Virus record (IMG/VR): IMGVR_UViG_3300043774_000134
Span: 2,559-66,558 of that record
Source of the DNA: a virus
Length of the DNA stretch: 64,000 nt
Direction: 5' to 3' (one strand)
Part shown: positions 1-10,051 of the stretch, in pieces
How positions within the stretch are numbered: the stretch's first letter is position 1
Layout of the letters: each line of letters opens with the position of its first letter
Translations under genes and position numbers: made by a program
Notes under the pieces: model-generated
Databases searched by the model: none
Told to the model about the DNA's origin: nothing
Seen by the model: only the letters and a program-made list of their open reading frames with translations

Positions 1-2
1 AC

Positions 3-2588
3 TTCCTTGTATGACTTGAATGGTCGAGCAGCAATGTACTTAGAAGCAATATTATCAGATACAAACTTGATAGCACTAAGTCCAAATCGAATACCCTTGC
101 CCTCAATCTTGAAGTCAATGTCAGACTCATTAACATGAGGAAGACGTACAGGAATATTCATACGCTTTGCCTCAATGAGGTATTCGGTACGAGCATCCTT
201 ATCCTTCTCATTCTTAAGAAGAGCAAACATAAACTCAATTGGGTAGTGGTACTTTAGCCATGCAGTCCAGTAAGACAGCGTAGAGTAGGCTACAGCGTGG
301 CTCTTGTTGAACGAATAACCAGCGTGTGCCTCAAAGTCATGCCACAGGTCACGAGCACCCTCTTCTCCAAGGTACTGGGAAGCACCCTGTACGAATTGGT
401 CCTGGAACTGATCGAACTCCTTAGCATCCTTCTTCTTACCAATAATCTTACGAACCTTATCAGCCTCTGCCATTGTCATACCGCCGAGGTTTGTACACGC
501 AAGCATAACCTGCTCCTGATAAAGGATACAGCCATAGGTGTCAGACGTAAAGTCTTTCATAATCTTGTGCTTGAATCCAATAGCCTGACGACCTTGCTTA
601 CGAGCAATGTAGTCTTTACCAATAGTATTCATAGCACCTGGGCGAACAAGAGCATTAGATGCTGCAAGTTCATCAAAGTTTTTTACGCCCATCTTTACGA
701 TTAGGTTGGTATAGGGCGTAGCTTCACACTGGAACACACCCTTAGTGTATCCGTCTGATAGCATTTGATATACATTAGAGTCCTCCATAGGAATTTCTAA
801 TGGCTCAATCTGAATGCCGTGGCGTTCCTTGATAATCTTAATAGTGTCGTCAAGCACACTCAGGGTCTTAAGACCAAGAGCATCAATCTTAATAAGACCA
901 ATACGCTCTGCCTCTGCCATATCAACAGCAACAACTGGAATACGTTCCTTTGTTCCTGGTGAGGTACGAGTCTCCATTGGAGCATACTTGAAGATAGGCT
1001 CCTTTGCAGTAACAACACCAGCAGCGTGAATACCAGTACCACGAATACGACCACGAAGTTGATCTCCATATTTCTCAATCTCTGGATATTTCTCACGGAA
1101 CTCAGCAGTAGACTTTGAGTTGCAGTAGTCATCCCAAGTGTCAATAAGCTTCATAACCTTGTTAACTTCTGGAAGAGGAATGTGAAGTACACGAGCAATG
1201 TCTCGTACAACACCCTTGTCCTTAAACTGCAAGAAGGTAGCAATAGACGCAACGTGACGGTATTGTTTAACTAGATACTCTTTTACTTCATCACGGCGAG
1301 AGTCTTGAATATCAGTATCGATATCTGGAAAGTCATTTCGTTCTGGGTTAATAAAACGGAAGAATAGAAGGCCATGAATAATTGGATCAATATCTGTGAT
1401 GCCAAGAGCATAACACAATAGAGAACCAGCAGACGAGCCACGACCTGGACCAACAATGATTCCCTCTTTCTTTGCCCAGTTAATCATATTACGAACCACC
1501 AAGAAGTATGGTGCAAACTTCTTATCTTTGATAATCTCAAGCTCTTCGTCTAGACGGTCAAGGTATTCCTGATTGCCGACTAGACCACGAGCAGTAAGCC
1601 CCTCCATAGCAAGAGTGCGAATCTCTCCATCAGGGTCACGGTACTGTGCAGGAAGCAAGTCAATGTGGTCCTGAATATCATAGTCTTCAATCTTGTTTAC
1701 AATTTCAAGAGTAGCATCATACATGTCTTCACGGTCAATCCCCTGAGCCTTCATGGCATTGTGCATCTCTTCATCTGAAAGCAGATGAATCTCAAACTTA
1801 TTAAATGACATTTGACGGTCTGCACCATAAAGGTAGTCAAGTCGATCCATAAGGTTGTCGTACTCACGAGACTTCTCGTATGTAGCATCCTTCTCAGTTT
1901 TATTAGAGTATGAGTTAAGGATAAGCTTAAGCTCCTGGATTTCCTTCTGTGCAGGGTCAGAGTGGTGACAGTCAGGAGTGACCACAGGCTTAATACCAAA
2001 CTCGTCTGCAAGGTCTAGAATAGTCTGATTGATCTCAGCAGGATTATGAGGCATTACCTCAAGGTAGTAGTCGTCACCAAATGTATCCTTGCACCACTTG
2101 ATGTGCTCCTTTGCGTATGCAAGTTCTCCAGCTTCAATAGCCTTTGCCAAGACACCACTAAGGCATCCAGAAGTAATAATAAGACCTTCTTTGTACTGCT
2201 CAAGAATTGTCCAGTCAATGCGTGGCTTCTTGTAAAAACCCTCAGTCCATGCAAGTTCGTTAAGCTTGTTAAGGTTCTCAAGCCCCTTGGCATTCTTAGC
2301 AAGGATAATAAGGTGGTTATAGTTAAGGTCTAGAGGATCATTCTTTTCTTTCTTGTCCTCGTGTAAAAGTCGGTCTTTTGTAATGTACCCCTCAATACCT
2401 AGAATAGGCTTGATACCTGCTTCTTTAGCAGCACGATACATTTCACGGTGTCCAGACAGCGAACCATGATCGGTAATAGCAATGGCTGGCATTCCTAGGG
2501 CGACGGCTCGGTCAACATATTCCTGTGGCGTAGCGATACCGTCGAATAGCGAGTAGTGGGTGTGAACGTGTAGTCCAGCGTAACTCAT
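3..2588 (-). CDS. dnaE: DNA polymerase III alpha subunit (DnaE-type, PHP domain); 3' end runs off the window
   Basis: Manual translation from ATG at 2588: MSYAGLHVHTHYSLFDG..AITDHG..GPGRGSSAGSL..FPDIDTD..GIHAAGVV..KIDALGL..GYSFNKSHAVAY. Absent from the ORF track because there is no stop in the window. Confidence 0.97.
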   Translation of the reverse strand, partial: MSYAGLHVHTHYSLFDGIATPQEYVDRAVALGMPAIAITDHGSLSGHREMYRAAKEAGIKPILGIEGYITKDRLLHEDKKEKNDPLDLNYNHLIILAKNAKGLENLNKLNELAWTEGFYKKPRIDWTILEQYKEGLIITSGCLSGVLAKAIEAGELAYAKEHIKWCKDTFGDDYYLEVMPHNPAEINQTILDLADEFGIKPVVTPDCHHSDPAQKEIQELKLILNSYSNKTEKDATYEKSREYDNLMDRLDYLYGADRQMSFNKFEIHLLSDEEMHNAMKAQGIDREDMYDATLEIVNKIEDYDIQDHIDLLPAQYRDPDGEIRTLAMEGLTARGLVGNQEYLDRLDEELEIIKDKKFAPYFLVVRNMINWAKKEGIIVGPGRGSSAGSLLCYALGITDIDPIIHGLLFFRFINPERNDFPDIDTDIQDSRRDEVKEYLVKQYRHVASIATFLQFKDKGVVRDIARVLHIPLPEVNKVMKLIDTWDDYCNSKSTAEFREKYPEIEKYGDQLRGRIRGTGIHAAGVVTAKEPIFKYAPMETRTSPGTKERIPVVAVDMAEAERIGLIKIDALGLKTLSVLDDTIKIIKERHGIQIEPLEIPMEDSNVYQMLSDGYTKGVFQCEATPYTNLIVKMGVKNFDELAASNALVRPGAMNTIGKDYIARKQGRQAIGFKHKIMKDFTSDTYGCILYQEQVMLACTNLGGMTMAEADKVRKIIGKKKDAKEFDQFQDQFVQGASQYLGEEGARDLWHDFEAHAGYSFNKSHAVAYSTLSYWTAWLKYHYPIEFMFALLKNEKDKDARTEYLIEAKRMNIPVRLPHVNESDIDFKIEGKGIRFGLSAIKFVSDNIASKYIAARPFKSYKE

Positions 2589-2613
2589 TTAAAATCTCTC
2601 TGTAGAAGTTTAT

Positions 2614-2645
2614 AGGGGGGCAGCCTGTATTCAAGCCACCCCCCA
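2614..2645 (-). terminator. GC-rich hairpin between ssb and dnaE
   Basis: Minus strand GGGGGGTGGCTTG-AATA-CAGGCTGCCCCCC; weak U tail. Confidence 0.5.
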
Positions 2646-2651
2646 ATTGTT

Positions 2652-3317
2652 TTACCAGTCGATGCTGGATGTGGATGATGCAGAAGAAGGAGTATCAAAG
2701 CCTAGGTAGAAGGCTTCCTGCTCTGCATATGGGATGTTCTTGAGTGCAGACTCAAGTGGGTATGGCTTAAAGTCTCCCCAGTTGAATGGTTCTGCATCTG
2801 GAGCAGAAGGAATGAGTGTGTAGCTTGTTTCAGTGCTAACACCATTACGCTTTAGCTTCCAGGAGATGTTGGAAATACTTCCAGTCTCAAGAGCATACTC
2901 ACGGATTGTGTTGAAAGCTGACTGCTTTCCAACACCCATTGACCAGATGGCAATGTATGGGTCTTCCATACCGTCGTCAACAAGTACGTTGCAGTAGAAA
3001 CGAAGGCGACCCTTCCAACCTGCATTGTTCTTGTAGTCCTTACGGTACATTTCCTCAGCCCAGTCACGGCCCTCGGAATCCATTGTGTCTACAGCCTTAC
3101 GCTTGTAGTCCTTTGGATTGGTGTGCTCCTTTACAACAAGAGCAAGACCACGGTCTGCATTGTAGTTAGCTGAATCTTCGTCAAGCTCTTCTACAAAACG
3201 GATCTTAACTGCCTGACCATCAGCAATCTTCAGCCAACGCACTCGTGGTGAATCTTCGTCATACTTTGGCTTATCAAGCAGGGCATTGATATTCTTGAGT
3301 CCCTTTGTTACGCTCAT
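2652..3317 (-). CDS. Single-stranded DNA-binding protein (gp32-like)
   Basis: Sits in the replication cluster; aromatic-rich OB-like core; Ser-rich tail ending SSIDW. Confidence 0.65.
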   Translation of the reverse strand: MSVTKGLKNINALLDKPKYDEDSPRVRWLKIADGQAVKIRFVEELDEDSANYNADRGLALVVKEHTNPKDYKRKAVDTMDSEGRDWAEEMYRKDYKNNAGWKGRLRFYCNVLVDDGMEDPYIAIWSMGVGKQSAFNTIREYALETGSISNISWKLKRNGVSTETSYTLIPSAPDAEPFNWGDFKPYPLESALKNIPYAEQEAFYLGFDTPSSASSTSSIDW

Positions 3318-3349
3318 TTTATTTCTCCTTTTGTTTTCTATTGGGTATA

Positions 3350-4294
3350 TCAGTTTAGCATGGCATCGATAGATTTGTCAAACGACACATCGAGATGCTT
3401 GATAGCGTCGTCGTCCATGTCTCCGATGTCTTTATACTCTTTATTTAGTTGTACTACAGTAACACGATTGCCAAGTCTTTCTACAAGCCTGTCTTTCATG
3501 TTACCGCCAGCTGCATCGTTATCAGCAATGACAATGATATCATTAAAGTAACGCTGAAGCAAGTCTATTTGAAAATTAGAAACATTTGCACCGAGTGTTG
3601 CTACTGATGCAAAACCACATTGATCTAGTCTAATAGCATCAAATGATGATTCAACTACATAAACTCTTGGTGCAGTCTTTACTCTGTGTAGGTTAAAAAG
3701 AACTTTTGATTTGGGCAGTCCTGGTGTGTTCTTGAACTCTTTACCCTCCACAGAACGCCCCACAAAGCCTACCAGCATACCGTCAGGCGAATGAACTGGA
3801 ATAGTGACCATATCCTGTCTATCAGAATATCCTAAAGAGAAACGAATTACAGAGTCTTTTGAGATGCGACGACCTTGATAATATGTGACGGCTCTTGGAG
3901 ACTCTAGTGCTATATTGTTTAATCGCTTAACAGTAAATTCATCAAACTGTGTGTACAAAGGTTTCTGGATTAACTGACGATTAATGTCATTCTCAATTGT
4001 GCTTTCCTGCTCTTTACCCTTGATGTATCTAACTGACTCAAAGTATGTGCGACCAGATGTGTGCATAATCAGTTCAACAAGGTCACAAGCCTTGTGGCAA
4101 GAAAAGCAAAAGAAAATACCAGATCGCTTATCTACTTCTCCAGCAGGAGTGCGGTGATTCCCATGAAAAGGGCAAAATACAATAAAGTCAGAATCAACTT
4201 CGCCTTCAATGTTTACTCCACTGCCGACGAGAACTCGTTGGACTTGCTCTTCTGTGTATAGACCATTCGTGTTTCGTCTACCCCAATTATCCAT
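3350..4294 (-). CDS. DNA primase (CHC2 zinc finger + TOPRIM)
   Basis: CPFH..CFSC zinc finger; VYVVES..D..ATLG..IADND.AG TOPRIM motifs. Confidence 0.92.
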   Translation of the reverse strand: MDNWGRRNTNGLYTEEQVQRVLVGSGVNIEGEVDSDFIVFCPFHGNHRTPAGEVDKRSGIFFCFSCHKACDLVELIMHTSGRTYFESVRYIKGKEQESTIENDINRQLIQKPLYTQFDEFTVKRLNNIALESPRAVTYYQGRRISKDSVIRFSLGYSDRQDMVTIPVHSPDGMLVGFVGRSVEGKEFKNTPGLPKSKVLFNLHRVKTAPRVYVVESSFDAIRLDQCGFASVATLGANVSNFQIDLLQRYFNDIIVIADNDAAGGNMKDRLVERLGNRVTVVQLNKEYKDIGDMDDDAIKHLDVSFDKSIDAMLN

Positions 4295-4539
4295 TCGCTT
4301 TTCTTCTTTCCCACATGTACGCCATACATTGATAATATAAATTCAAAATACTCTTTTTCTTCATTGTAATAAATTGTAAAATCTGGATTAATATCTAGCC
4401 TAGGAACATATCCACTTAAACGCATTTCTATGATTAATAGCCTGGTGTACTCATTTCTGAGTCTACCTATTGCTGATTCATCCTTTATTGTGCCGTCTAA
4501 TGTAAACCTTTTGAGTGGTTTGTGGTGGACATTTTCCAT
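4213..4539 (-). CDS. Hypothetical protein, leaderless
   Basis: 108 aa ORF; TATAAT-N6-ATG directly upstream. Confidence 0.75.
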   Translation of the reverse strand: MENVHHKPLKRFTLDGTIKDESAIGRLRNEYTRLLIIEMRLSGYVPRLDINPDFTIYYNEEKEYFEFILSMYGVHVGKKKSEWIIGVDETRMVYTQKSKSNEFSSAVE

Positions 4540-4551
4540 AGTTTAATTATA

Positions 4552-5772
4552 CTAACCATCTTCATAATCCTTGTACTTATAGAATCCTTTGTCGAAATCA
4601 GCCTGTACTAGGAACTCTCCCATAAAGCCGTTACGGTTTTTACGGAAGACACACTCAATGATATCAGAGTTTGTGCCTCGTCCGAGTGCCATTACCCAGT
4701 CAGCATCATAAGCAATCTGTCGTGACCACGAGGTTTGTCCAAGTGTTGGAACAGTGTCAAGCTTATTAACATCGTCTGGTGTAGCAGAAGAGATAGCAAT
4801 AATTGGAATCTCGTCTGAGATAGCAAGAAGCTTTAGTTCACGAGACAAGTTCTTCATACGAACAACCTCAGACTCTGACTTTTGGTTTGGAGACATAAGC
4901 TGAAGGTAGTCCACAACAACAAGATCGGGACTGTATTGGTCAATCTTTCCACGAATAACTGATGGCGTAACTTCTCCACCAGAATCATTAGAGATAATGT
5001 GAAACTCTGGACGACCCTCTACATTCTTCTTGTGCCACATCTTTAGCGTATCAATCTCTACATTACCTGCAGAAAGTTGGCGGTGTGACCACAGACCCTC
5101 GCCCATGATTGTAAAGACACGGTTACGAACCTCTGTCTCTGACATCTCAAGGCTGATAATGAGTGGTGACTTGCCCTGCTTCCATGCTTGTACTGCAAAG
5201 TAAAGAGACAGCCAAGACTTACCAATACCTGGATATGCTAGGAATACTCCAAGCTGTCCTGGCATAATGCCAGCAGGTAGATAGTTATCAAACCCTGGAA
5301 GACCAGTCTTAATACCAATCTGACCAAGTTCGTTTTGCTTCTGAACATTCTCGTAGTAAGCAACTGCAGACTCAAGGTCGGTAACATCAACATCTCGAAT
5401 AACAGCGGTATCTTTCTTAAGCTCAGAAGTCTTTGAGATCAGTCCCTCAAGAGCCTCTACGCCTCTACCACTCTGAACCTCTGTTGCTGCATTACGAAGA
5501 ATGTCCTTAAGATTATCATTAAGATATTCTGCCTGTAGTTCATCTAGGTGATGCTTGGTTGACCCAATACCCTGGACAGGCTCAAAATCACGAAACTTCT
5601 CTACAATCAGAGATGTTGGTGGCATTGCACTATTTTGCTCAAAGTAGTGGCGAATGAATTCCCAGATATCTCCATGTGTACGAAGGAGCTTGTCGGCATT
5701 TGCCTGTAGCATTACATGCATCTGCTTATCTTCTAATACAGCAGAGATAAGCTTTGACTCTGTGTTATTCAC
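4552..5772 (-). CDS. dnaB: DnaB-like replicative helicase
   Basis: Walker A AYPGIGKS, SLEMS, VVVDYLQLM, IAYDAD, KNRNG. Confidence 0.95.
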   Translation of the reverse strand: MNNTESKLISAVLEDKQMHVMLQANADKLLRTHGDIWEFIRHYFEQNSAMPPTSLIVEKFRDFEPVQGIGSTKHHLDELQAEYLNDNLKDILRNAATEVQSGRGVEALEGLISKTSELKKDTAVIRDVDVTDLESAVAYYENVQKQNELGQIGIKTGLPGFDNYLPAGIMPGQLGVFLAYPGIGKSWLSLYFAVQAWKQGKSPLIISLEMSETEVRNRVFTIMGEGLWSHRQLSAGNVEIDTLKMWHKKNVEGRPEFHIISNDSGGEVTPSVIRGKIDQYSPDLVVVDYLQLMSPNQKSESEVVRMKNLSRELKLLAISDEIPIIAISSATPDDVNKLDTVPTLGQTSWSRQIAYDADWVMALGRGTNSDIIECVFRKNRNGFMGEFLVQADFDKGFYKYKDYEDG

Positions 5773-6073
5773 TTAGCCACTCCTTTGCTTTCTGACGGCG
5801 TACTGCACGTTCCCTCTTATCTTGTTCTACTTGTAGTCTGGCATCAACAAGCTTATCTGCGTAGTTAGCAAAGTACTTCCATGTAGGAGACTCTGCAACA
5901 TCAAAATAGTAATCTAACAGATCGTAGCAGTGTGACATACCATATGATTCAATGAGAGCATCTGCTGCCCATTGTTCGACATTAATATTGTACGATGGTC
6001 TTTCCTCATACCTTGCGGTATGCAGCTTAGAATAGCGACTGAGCAAAGCCATACGGTCTTTGCGTTCAGCCAT
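5765..6073 (-). CDS. Hypothetical protein (possibly helicase-associated)
   Basis: 102 aa ORF overlapping the dnaB start. Confidence 0.7.
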   Translation of the reverse strand: MAERKDRMALLSRYSKLHTARYEERPSYNINVEQWAADALIESYGMSHCYDLLDYYFDVAESPTWKYFANYADKLVDARLQVEQDKRERAVRRQKAKEWLSE

Positions 6074-6279
6074 TACTCCTGGACTTCTTCCTTTGCATCG
6101 TTGATCTTAGCAATAAGCTTCTCTTCTACAAATCCGTAGACACGCTCAAACGCCTGATCGATGTTCTCTCCATCACGGCGTGAATCAACAACGCCCAAAT
6201 CAATTCGAAGAGACTGAAAATTACCAAGGTTAAGAGTATAACCAAGAGTAACATTGATTTTAGTATTTTCATTTTCCAT
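6073..6279 (-). CDS. Hypothetical protein
   Basis: MENENTKINVTLGYTLNLGNFQSLRIDLG..; leader AGAGAGAAAC. Confidence 0.7.
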   Translation of the reverse strand: MENENTKINVTLGYTLNLGNFQSLRIDLGVVDSRRDGENIDQAFERVYGFVEEKLIAKINDAKEEVQE

Positions 6280-6297
6280 TTGTTTCTCTCTTTCCAC

Positions 6298-6822
6298 TTA
6301 TAGTGTTTCAGACCAAACAGGGATGAATTCCCCATCTGCAGTCCTCGTATATGTAAGGATACCATCTCCCATACGCCTTGTCAACTCCTGGCGTGTCGGA
6401 GTTATATTGTTATTGATAAGACCATCCTTACGAGGTCTTCCAATGTTCTGTTTAGAAAGTATATCACGAATCTCGTGTACCTGTGTTTCTGAGTAGTAAC
6501 ATCTAATTTGCCACCCTCGGACTTTTCCAATTGATGAACCTGTTGGCTCTGGTATAAGTCCAGACTTCATTAGATCAGGAAGATACTTTTTATTTCTATT
6601 TACAAGTAGTGCTGTTTCAGCAACACTGTATGCTCGCTCTCGCTTACTTCTAAAGTCACCAAGAAGGCATGACTCTATTTGTCCTTTGTTAATGTTGTAT
6701 ACAGACATGATACCACTCGCACGACTAAGGTGGTGTACCCTTACCAAGTCACCATTCATAAAATATACTTTTTTATTGCCTGGAATAATTGGAGAAGAGT
6801 TGTATTCTTCTAGTGGTATCAT
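6298..6822 (-). CDS. Putative HTH (MerR-like) DNA-binding protein
   Basis: AYSVAETALLVNR..L..GLIPEP..RCYYSE..VHEIRDIL pattern; GRPRK. Confidence 0.6.
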   Translation of the reverse strand: MIPLEEYNSSPIIPGNKKVYFMNGDLVRVHHLSRASGIMSVYNINKGQIESCLLGDFRSKRERAYSVAETALLVNRNKKYLPDLMKSGLIPEPTGSSIGKVRGWQIRCYYSETQVHEIRDILSKQNIGRPRKDGLINNNITPTRQELTRRMGDGILTYTRTADGEFIPVWSETL

Positions 6823-6828
6823 AATTAC

Positions 6829-7275
6829 CTAAACTGGAATACCAACAATTAAAAGATTAATACTAACAGATGATACACCAACAGTATTAAACTTTACAAT
6901 ACCTTCTACTGAGTTTGTTGTAATTCGTGTAAGAACAACAACAATGTCCTTGCTGGCAGTTGTGGTTGATTGGTTAGTAATAATTGGGGTAGCTGTAACA
7001 ATTGGAACATATGCAAAATCAGAAAAGTTATATGTAAACTTTTCTTCTGTACCACTAGTAGTAGTTGTGTTGTTTGTTACAGAAACGATACCGCCAGCAA
7101 TTCGAGCATTAGAAGTTCTAACACTTTGCTGACCATTTGCTACAGTATCAATTGTTGTATATTTTGTAACAGTTGGTGAAAGCTCATTTGATAGATTATT
7201 AATACCTTCAGCAAGCTGATAAATATATGACAGATCTAATGGTTGTCCACGATCTGGAAGGGGTACTTTAGCCAT
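6829..7275 (-). CDS. Virion/tail-associated protein
   Basis: Beta-rich 148 aa ORF at the end of the tail module; leaderless TATACT-N6-ATG. Confidence 0.6.
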   Translation of the reverse strand: MAKVPLPDRGQPLDLSYIYQLAEGINNLSNELSPTVTKYTTIDTVANGQQSVRTSNARIAGGIVSVTNNTTTTSGTEEKFTYNFSDFAYVPIVTATPIITNQSTTTASKDIVVVLTRITTNSVEGIVKFNTVGVSSVSINLLIVGIPV

Positions 7276-7326
7276 AGTTATAGTATATCAGATTGTGAGC
7301 TTATTAAAATCAAGTGGCAGATTAGG

Positions 7327-8034
7327 TTATGCTTTAATAATATAGTTCATGGTGATGTATGGCTGAAGATTGTTATGAGCTTGTGAAGCATTTGTTGCAG
7401 TAGTGTTGACAGTTGTAATTCCAGTAGTAGCCGCAATGTTTGTTGCAGTATTGTTTTGGATTGCCGGTGTTTGTCCATCTGTGCGGATGTTTCGGTTACC
7501 AGTACCACCACCCCAAGATTCCGTAAACGCTCCACCCCCACCGCCAGTATTGTTTACGTTGGGGACGTAGTGGTCGTGGGCAGACTGAGTGTGGTTGTGG
7601 GGATTTTGGCTATGATTATGACCTGGATCAGTAATACCGTGATTATGGGCAGGTAGGCCAGACTGAGCACCTGTGAGCACTACAGACTCTACACCGCCAG
7701 TTGAGCCAAGGGTAGCGAAAGTGCCAGTAGTATTTTGTCCAACTGGTACTCGTGTTCTAAGGTCGGGAACATTAAAGGTTGTACCAGACGGCAATCCATA
7801 GGGAGAACTAGCTCCACCAAGAACCTCAAAGAGTGCTGGGTAGTCCGCTCTAAGTTTGCTTGATCCATCACAAATCAAATATCCCTCTGGAGCAGTCGCA
7901 CCAGCAAATGCCATTGTTACACCAATTGGGACTCCAAGTCTTTTTTCACTAAGCCAAGCTCCAGTTGCTGCGTCATAGTAATAACCATTTGACTTTTGTC
8001 CGTCAGTTGGGCTACTAGGAAAATTGTATGCCAT
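7327..8034 (-). CDS. Tail fibre protein with phage tail collar domain
   Basis: PIGVTMAFAGATAPEGYLICDGS..LFEVLG..FNVPDLRTRVPVG, HxH repeats, HNNLQPYITMNYIIK. Confidence 0.88.
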   Translation of the reverse strand: MAYNFPSSPTDGQKSNGYYYDAATGAWLSEKRLGVPIGVTMAFAGATAPEGYLICDGSSKLRADYPALFEVLGGASSPYGLPSGTTFNVPDLRTRVPVGQNTTGTFATLGSTGGVESVVLTGAQSGLPAHNHGITDPGHNHSQNPHNHTQSAHDHYVPNVNNTGGGGGAFTESWGGGTGNRNIRTDGQTPAIQNNTATNIAATTGITTVNTTATNASQAHNNLQPYITMNYIIKA

Positions 8035-8360
8035 TACTCAGTCTCCGCAGGTTTAGGGTACTTTTCTTTTACTGCTAAACATGCTGCAATATAGTCGTCA
8101 ACCTGTTGCTGATCACCTTTTACAATACCGTCCAGATAATCCGCCATTGGGGGGTACTCTGGTGCACGGAGTCGTGTGTATTCAAGTGCATCGTAATCAG
8201 CCTGTATCCGAGCTACCTCTTCAAGAAGAGCTTCTTCCGTAGGCTTTTCAATATCTTCACTAAGCCACTCAAGACCAGAGTAGTCTTCACCAGTAAGTAC
8301 CCACTGTGAACCTGGGGCAAGTGTTTGAATTGCGTCTGGAATTCCAAATATTCTATTCAT
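8034..8360 (-). CDS. Tail fibre assembly chaperone-like protein
   Basis: AIQTLAPGSQWVL..LEW..PTEE..R..EYP..VKEKYPK pattern, adjacent to fibre genes. Confidence 0.6.
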   Translation of the reverse strand: MNRIFGIPDAIQTLAPGSQWVLTGEDYSGLEWLSEDIEKPTEEALLEEVARIQADYDALEYTRLRAPEYPPMADYLDGIVKGDQQQVDDYIAACLAVKEKYPKPAETE

Positions 8361-8409
8361 ATTTTAATTATACACTATCCAATTCTAATTATTCTATTCA
8401 TCATTTTCC

Positions 8410-8991
8410 TTACTGGGCTATTTCCCAAATTGTACCTGTTGAAACCATGTTTTCATAAGCGTCCTGCCCAGCAAAAGATACCGTTCTATTTAGGTAAAGC
8501 GTGGCGGAAACAGCGTCAGAAGCCCTAGGCGCTGGTGCATAAGTTTGCGGCTCGGTAGACCCAGAGATACATGAGTATTGCAGAAAAATGTTGCTAGGAG
8601 TGGAGGAGTCGTTGTTGTCATAGTCCATTGAAGCAAACCCAGACCATCTAGCGTTTCCTGCCTCGGAGTTATAGCCAGTCTCATTAGTGGTCGTAATTAA
8701 AGCCCCGTTTCTATGAATAAGGAAAACGGTATTATTGGCTACTTCAATATTCATCATCCACTGCATAATTAGCCTACTATTTGCAAATTTTGGTGTAATA
8801 CTGAGGTTTAATTGAGTAATAGTTACCCCATTACCAGAGTTAGCAGAAGAAATTGTTGTCCTAGCGTCGCTTCTAACTGTCTGCACCTGAACCACTGAAC
8901 CAGGGTAGTAAAATTGTCCTGTTGCACTGGCAGTTGCAACCGTATTTCCGCTGGTGTTTTGCCAACGGTCAAATCTCATTGTTGATGTCAT
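8410..8991 (-). CDS. Tail fibre/receptor-binding module
   Basis: YPGSVVQVQ..SITPKFANS..EIAQ; paralogous to 9470-10051. Confidence 0.65.
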   Translation of the reverse strand: MTSTMRFDRWQNTSGNTVATASATGQFYYPGSVVQVQTVRSDARTTISSANSGNGVTITQLNLSITPKFANSRLIMQWMMNIEVANNTVFLIHRNGALITTTNETGYNSEAGNARWSGFASMDYDNNDSSTPSNIFLQYSCISGSTEPQTYAPAPRASDAVSATLYLNRTVSFAGQDAYENMVSTGTIWEIAQ

Positions 8992-8993
8992 AA

Positions 8994-9473
8994 TTATCCT
9001 ATCAAAAATCCTGAAAAACCGTTGTGGGCGTTGGGACCGCTTGCGTAAAGCGAAGTTCCTGTGGCATTAATAACTTTCATTTGGTCTGAAGCAGCAAGTT
9101 GAAGAGTTACAGAGCCGTGGTTTCCGTTGTAAAGACCAGTACTGGTTCCGTAAGGGTTTATTCCTACGTCAATATTGTTTTTTTGCAGTCTAAGCTCAAA
9201 GGTTCCGCCGTTGTTGTTCATTCCAAAAAAAGAAAAAAAGTAAACTCCAGCAATTGGGGCTGTAAAAATGCCAGTGCCAGCGTTGTAAGCACTGCCTATA
9301 TTTGATATTACGGTATTCCAAATAATTGTAGTTGGTCCACTCGTAATGTTTCCAGCATCTCGCCTAGCTGAAAAAGCTATTGGATTTATTAAAGATACTG
9401 TTCCAGAAGCTGTAATTGAAAAAGCGTCTGCTCCAGCAGTGTTTGCAATGTTGTTTACTCTTAGCTCACTCAC
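8994..9473 (-). CDS. C1q-domain fibre tip protein
   Basis: AFSA..IIWNTV..NIG.AYN..TGIFTAPIAGVYFFSF..FSGFLI. Confidence 0.8.
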   Translation of the reverse strand: MSELRVNNIANTAGADAFSITASGTVSLINPIAFSARRDAGNITSGPTTIIWNTVISNIGSAYNAGTGIFTAPIAGVYFFSFFGMNNNGGTFELRLQKNNIDVGINPYGTSTGLYNGNHGSVTLQLAASDQMKVINATGTSLYASGPNAHNGFSGFLIG

Positions 9474-10051
9474 TGTGCTACCTCCATTAACATAAGTCCA
9501 GAAGTACCAAGCTCATGAGTTGTCGCTTGGTTCGCCCAGCCTACTGTTCTATTTGTAAAAATAGTTCCAGCACCACTGGCTAGATATGTAACTCTATAGG
9601 TTAGTGCTGAAGTAGAGTTTGGGGAATCAGAAAGAAAAAAGTTCATTGCTTCTGGCGTACTGTTTGCGTCATCTGCGGTGTAGCTAAGTGTTCCAATTGA
9701 TATTCCGCTAATAATTGTTGCACCAGGATCGGGCTGTCTTCCAATCTGAGTACCGTTTCTACTAACGCCAAAAACAGAATCCCAAAGAAGTCCTTGTCCT
9801 GTTACTTCCCCAAACCATCTTGCCTGAATAATTATTTTACTAGTATTTCTTTTGGGTGTAATGGTGGCTACCAAACCTGAAATATCTAAGATTGTATTAG
9901 CAGCAACGCCTTGTGAAGTTCTTGTTACGTTGTCTACATTGACAACTTGTATAATTGAACCTGGAGCATAAAGTGTGTGTCCAGAAGGCACAGTAATTGT
10001 ATTGTTGTTAACCGCTAGTCCTTTTAGTTCGCCAACAGTAAGTTCACTCAT
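9470..10051 (-). CDS. Tail fibre/receptor-binding module
   Basis: YAPGSIIQVV..TITPKRNTSKI..LMEVAQ; paralogous to 8410-8991. Confidence 0.65.
   Translation of the reverse strand: MSELTVGELKGLAVNNNTITVPSGHTLYAPGSIIQVVNVDNVTRTSQGVAANTILDISGLVATITPKRNTSKIIIQARWFGEVTGQGLLWDSVFGVSRNGTQIGRQPDPGATIISGISIGTLSYTADDANSTPEAMNFFLSDSPNSTSALTYRVTYLASGAGTIFTNRTVGWANQATTHELGTSGLMLMEVAQ

Noticed and set aside
297-2333. Short tracked ORFs in the first 2.3 kb
   Set aside because: They are antisense or off-frame shadows of the continuous dnaE frame.
3-2588. Intein or intron in dnaE
   Set aside because: Conserved motifs run collinearly with no insertion in the visible part.
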